The notes beneath the pieces are model-generated. The model worked only from the letters and a program-made list of their open reading frames with translations, searched no databases and had not been told where the DNA came from. 64,000 bases of DNA. Origin: Schmidtea polychroa (Eukaryota). A program made the translations under genes and the position numbers. Shown here in pieces: positions 59,022 to 64,000 of the stretch. The stretch spans positions 10,728,001 through 10,792,000 of the forward strand of contig CM097885.1 of assembly GCA_044892525.1 (NCBI GenBank), given 5' to 3'. The stretch's first letter is position 1. Each line of letters opens with the position of its first letter.

Positions 59022-59690
59022 AGAAATAAAAGCTAGAAATGCAATAACTACTAGCCGAAGAATCTCTAAACACCCTGATCCATATATAAAACTTAACAAT
59101 GAGGAACTAAAAGAAGTATTAGGGGTTTGTAAGGGTTTATTCTCAAAGAGTTGATTCTCAAGGGATCTTTCAACGTCTGCTTGTTCAATAATCCTTTTAT
59201 TAGCAACATCTTTTGCTTTTCTAGGAAGTCCTGCTCCTATGAAAATCTTACCTTTCATTGCTAATTTAACTAGAGCTCTTTGAATCTTTTCCTTGCTTGA
59301 TGGATTTTGTATATTATTTAAATCATGTATTAAATTCACATCAGCAACATGTCTATCTCTAAGATCTTCAGAGTTGTAAGCAATGTCATGTTTTAAAGCT
59401 GCTTGATCAATTCTATTTATTGGTTCTTCTCCTTGTTTAGGATTATTATTTTCATCTAATCTAATATCTAATCTTGTTCCTGGTCCAGTATAATTGTGAC
59501 GGAATAAATGTCTTTCACCTGGATATTTTTCAGTAGTAAAAGGTTTTAATATTGTAGATGTTGTTTTTGAAGATTGTAGGTCGCCTCCTGTAATATCAAC
59601 TCTCGTATGTTTTTTAGTTTTGAGATGACTTGCTTTGTGATGTCTTGTAACTTGACAATTACAACTTTCACATGTCCAATATTTACTCAT
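58980..59690 (-). CDS. Zinc-finger plus parvovirus-type phospholipase A2 domain protein (adintovirus PLA2-like), C-terminus fused at the deletion
   Basis: Ca-binding loop NYTGPG and catalytic D.AALKHDIAY...D, with N-terminal CESC...HLKTKKH and ITGG/D. Confidence 0.88.
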   Translation of the reverse strand: MSKYWTCESCNCQVTRHHKASHLKTKKHTRVDITGGDLQSSKTTSTILKPFTTEKYPGERHLFRHNYTGPGTRLDIRLDENNNPKQGEEPINRIDQAALKHDIAYNSEDLRDRHVADVNLIHDLNNIQNPSSKEKIQRALVKLAMKGKIFIGAGLPRKAKDVANKRIIEQADVERSLENQLFENKPLQTPNTSFSSSLLSFIYGSGCLEILRLVVIAFLAFISLFPITEDTPPNGI

Positions 59691-59719
59691 TTTAAAAGTT
59701 TTTTTATGGGGGAATCTAC

Positions 59720-60860
59720 TTATGAAGAATCTCCCCTAACATTTTCAATAATTGAAATCTTTCCACAATATAATTTCATTTCTATTTTCTTTTCTTCTAA
59801 TATTAATGTATATACTTTAGCTTTAAAATTAGAATCCTTTGTTATATGAAGTGTAACATCAACATTATTTATAGCTAGGCGATCATCTTGGTCTGATACA
59901 TTTATACAAAATATAGAATATAAATTTTTGAAATCTTCTAAACTTAATTGCGGTTCAACTTTGAAATCATAACATGTTTCAATATAATTTAGATATGGGA
60001 ATATGTTTTCATTATTTTCAATATTAAATTCCATTCTATTTATTGGATAATAAGAACTATTTAATTGAATTTGAATTGTTTTTATATTATCATCTCCAAT
60101 CTTTTGAATAAATAGATTGTTATTTTTTTGGAAAGATGAATCTGTTTCTTTGAATCCAATCAAGATATATCTTGGTCGGTATGCTAAATTTGCTACCTTT
60201 ATAGAATATGTTGAACCCTCTGTCATACTAAATTCACTACAGATTCGATTTAAATAATTTACATTTATAGATTTGTTGGAATTTAATCTTTCAAGGAGTT
60301 TGATTTCAGAATGTGGATTTAATGTCCATTCAGGTATATGCAATTCAAGTGTTGATAATTTTAATTTAGCTTTTGTAGAACAATCTTTTATCACCTTCTA
60401 GTCTATTACAGATGAGTTCTATAAAAACATTATGGAGCACCCGGTTATAGTTTTGAAGGAATCCGAACAAGTGTTTTAATTCAAAATAACCTTCAAATTT
60501 TTTCAACTTATAAAGTTCAACTCTTTTATAGTAAGCATAATTTATATCTAAACCATCTTTATCTAAATCCCCTTTATTAACATCAGGAATCCAACCTGTT
60601 AATTCACCATATTCGTTTTTATAATCACAACCAGTCAAAATAAAATTTAACATTGTAGAATATACTCCTGGATGCAAAACAGTTTCAATTTCTGATGATC
60701 CTAGTTTTAATCTCATGTTGGAGAATAAATTTGGAAAGAAATTATTTTCTAGGGTTATATCTTTGTTTGCTTCAATTTCTAATTCAATTTTATAATATAA
60801 TTTGGCATTACAAATATCTATTGGGTTTGATGTTTGAAGAGATTGAAAAACTATATTCTT
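59720..60860 (-). pseudogene. Major capsid protein of element C, 5'-truncated and frameshifted
   Basis: ITLENNFFPNLFSNMRLKLGSSEIETVLHPG..., LKHLFGF..Y.RVL, LELHIPEWTLN, RPRYILIGF, IQLNSSYYP, FKNLYSIFCINVSDQ. Frame break near 60380. Confidence 0.85.
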
Positions 60861-61054
60861 TATTTGGATAGCGGTTCAAATCCTAACTACGGTTAGTTTT
60901 TTTTAACATAAAATAATATTAAAAATTTGAAAATAATATTGAAAATGGTGTGGGTATCTTAGATTTATATTTTATTTTATTTATTTTTATTTTATTTTAT
61001 TTATTTTATTTTATTTTTTTATTAATTAAAAATTTAAAAAATGACAAAAATCCG

Positions 61055-61138
61055 AACTCCGATAGCGCAGTGGGAATAGACTGGCATTGTGGTTCAAATG
61101 CTAGCGGTTCAAATCACGTCTGAGGTTAGTTTTTTTTT
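61055..61138 (+). ncRNA. tRNA-derived Pol III-type unit (tRNA-like or SINE head), with a partial second copy at 60869-60903
   Basis: A box TAGCGCAGTGG (61063-61073), TTGTGG anticodon-loop-like sequence (His GTG), B box GGTTCAAATC (61106-61115) and a T9 run directly after. Stems are too weak for a canonical tRNA. Confidence 0.55.
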
Positions 61139-62049
61139 CGACATAAAATAATATTAAAAATTTGAAAATAATATTGAAAATGGTGTGGGTATCTTAGGAA
61201 ATAAATCTTGTTTTTTTTCTTTATTTATTTATTAATTAATTAATTTTTAAACATAAATATGAAAAAAAAAATATTGAAACGGGTGATGGTGGCGAACCGG
61301 TAATTATCGCCACCAGTCTTTCGAACACCCCCGGATCGATTCTATAATGTGCACATTTATTTCTTGGTTGTTTTCGGACCTCTTTCGGATTCGCTTTCGA
61401 ATTCATTTGTACTTTCGAGCAGCACACTTAAAACGCCGATGAAATCGACTTCGTGAGCGAGAAGCGAATAATAAGGTGTGCTGCTATTATCGAATTGATT
61501 CTGATATATAAGTCTGGCCAGCTTGTATATTGGAAGAGATTTGATAAACGAAAGAGGTTGAAATAAAAAAAAAAATGATCCGGATCAAAAAAAACTGTTG
61601 AGAGGACAGTGAAAAAAAAAAAAAAATACCACTGTCCTCTCAGAGCAGTTTTACTATTTTCATAAAATTTTTTATTCTTCAAGATTAAGATTTATAAAAT
61701 TATAAATTAGTCAAATAGCAACTTTTTGTTGTTTTTTTTAAGTCTTTATTTTGAAACCAAAATGTCTTCAGAATAAAGAAATTAAAAGATATAGGTTTTT
61801 AGGGGTTTTAAGTGTTTTTTTTTACGTTTATGGGGGGGTATAAAACATGAAAACAGTGGGAGGCTTGTGGTCGTTAGGGATATAAACACACTACTTTTTA
61901 GAATGATTACATCATATTTTTAGAACGATGCCTAATATTTTTAGAACGATGACTCATCATATTTTTAGAACGATGCCTAATATTTTTAGAACTAATAATT
62001 TTTGTTTTAATTATCGATTACATAATAATTTAATTTGTTTAAATCGTTG

Positions 62050-62085
<36 letters not shown>

Positions 62086-62107
62086 ATTATTATTATGATT
62101 ATTATTA

Positions 62108-63395
<1,288 letters not shown>

Positions 63396-64000
63396 TATTT
63401 AGGCAAATTTTTGGTTATTATTTAGCATTAAATTCATTGGTAATTTTTAGAGTTAGCGGGATTTTACTAACATTATTACTAACTTTTTTGTGAATAATTG
63501 AAATATTTTGAAATTTAACGTTTTAGTGTTAATTCTAAGACAAATTTAATTAATTTCTTGATAATTTGCTATATTTTATTGACTTGTTTTTAAATTTACT
63601 TTTAAATAAAAATTATTTTTAATGACAGTTAGGTTAATAATTAGAGTTTTTACAATAATCAAGTGATTATTATTTAATTTTTGTAAAAATTATTGTAAAA
63701 TATACTGAAATTTGTGATTTGAAAGATATATCACGTTATAATTGCTATATAATTAGCTGAATCGATGAAGAATTATGATCAATCAATATATTTCATCTCT
63801 AGTTAGGTATTTGATGGTAAATGTGGTGAAATATTTGTAGAAAATATTGATTTTAGTAAATTTTGATTTTTTTAATGGGCTCTTTGAATTTAGCTACTAA
63901 ATTATTTCAATGGAAGGATGTCTGTAACAATTAAATAAAATTCATATTTTGAAGAGTTTTCTATGGATTTTAAGAGAATTGATATATTAAAGGTCTGAGA

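Larger units (their letters stand above)
55915..61895. mobile_element. 5981-bp Polinton-derived non-autonomous or composite element C
   Basis: AGTAGT...ACTACT ends, TIRs 55915-56112 and 61723-61895, 6-bp TSD TTTTAG (55909-55914, 61896-61901). The host minisatellite continues on both sides. Confidence 0.85.

Noticed and set aside
61055..61128. Functional tRNA-His gene
   Set aside because: Acceptor and anticodon stems pair poorly, so it is kept only as a tRNA-derived unit.
61418..61486. Hammerhead or twister ribozyme
   Set aside because: CCGATGA/GAAT deviate from the CUGAUGA/GAAA core, no stem III was found, and the twister pseudoknot partners are missing.

Overview
Very AT-rich eukaryotic DNA with 42-50 nt GT-AG introns, abundant (AAT)n microsatellites and duplicated TRAF genes. 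This fits an invertebrate such as a planarian flatworm (inference only). The window is mostly a nest of Polinton/Maverick (adintovirus-like) elements from at least five insertions. A is a decayed pPolB element (17.7-22.3 kb). B is nearly complete (22.3-35.95 kb), with an uninterrupted pPolB core, protease, major and minor capsid, core proteins, a chromodomain integrase, an ATPase fragment and minisatellite TIRs. F and E are fragments (36.7-38.9 kb and 40.9-42.9 kb). D is a left end at 54038, into which a 6-kb AGTAGT-terminated element C (truncated pPolB, PLA2, capsid, tRNA-like unit) is inserted with a 6-bp TSD. Smaller TEs (hAT, Merlin, Tc1/mariner-type, piggyBac remnant, solo LTR) sit in and between these. 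Host sequence includes a 5.2-kb segmental duplication carrying a four-exon TRAF gene, orphan PHF14 and BCKDHA fragments, and two ORFs with ubiquitin-like domains. The strongest leads are a conserved, putatively lipidated small ORF overprinted on the Polinton integrase, a spliced acidic SIM-rich Polinton gene that may be a pPolB leader, TIR minisatellites built from bZIP and nuclear-receptor consensus sites, and the composite element C. All calls are by eye, with no database searches.
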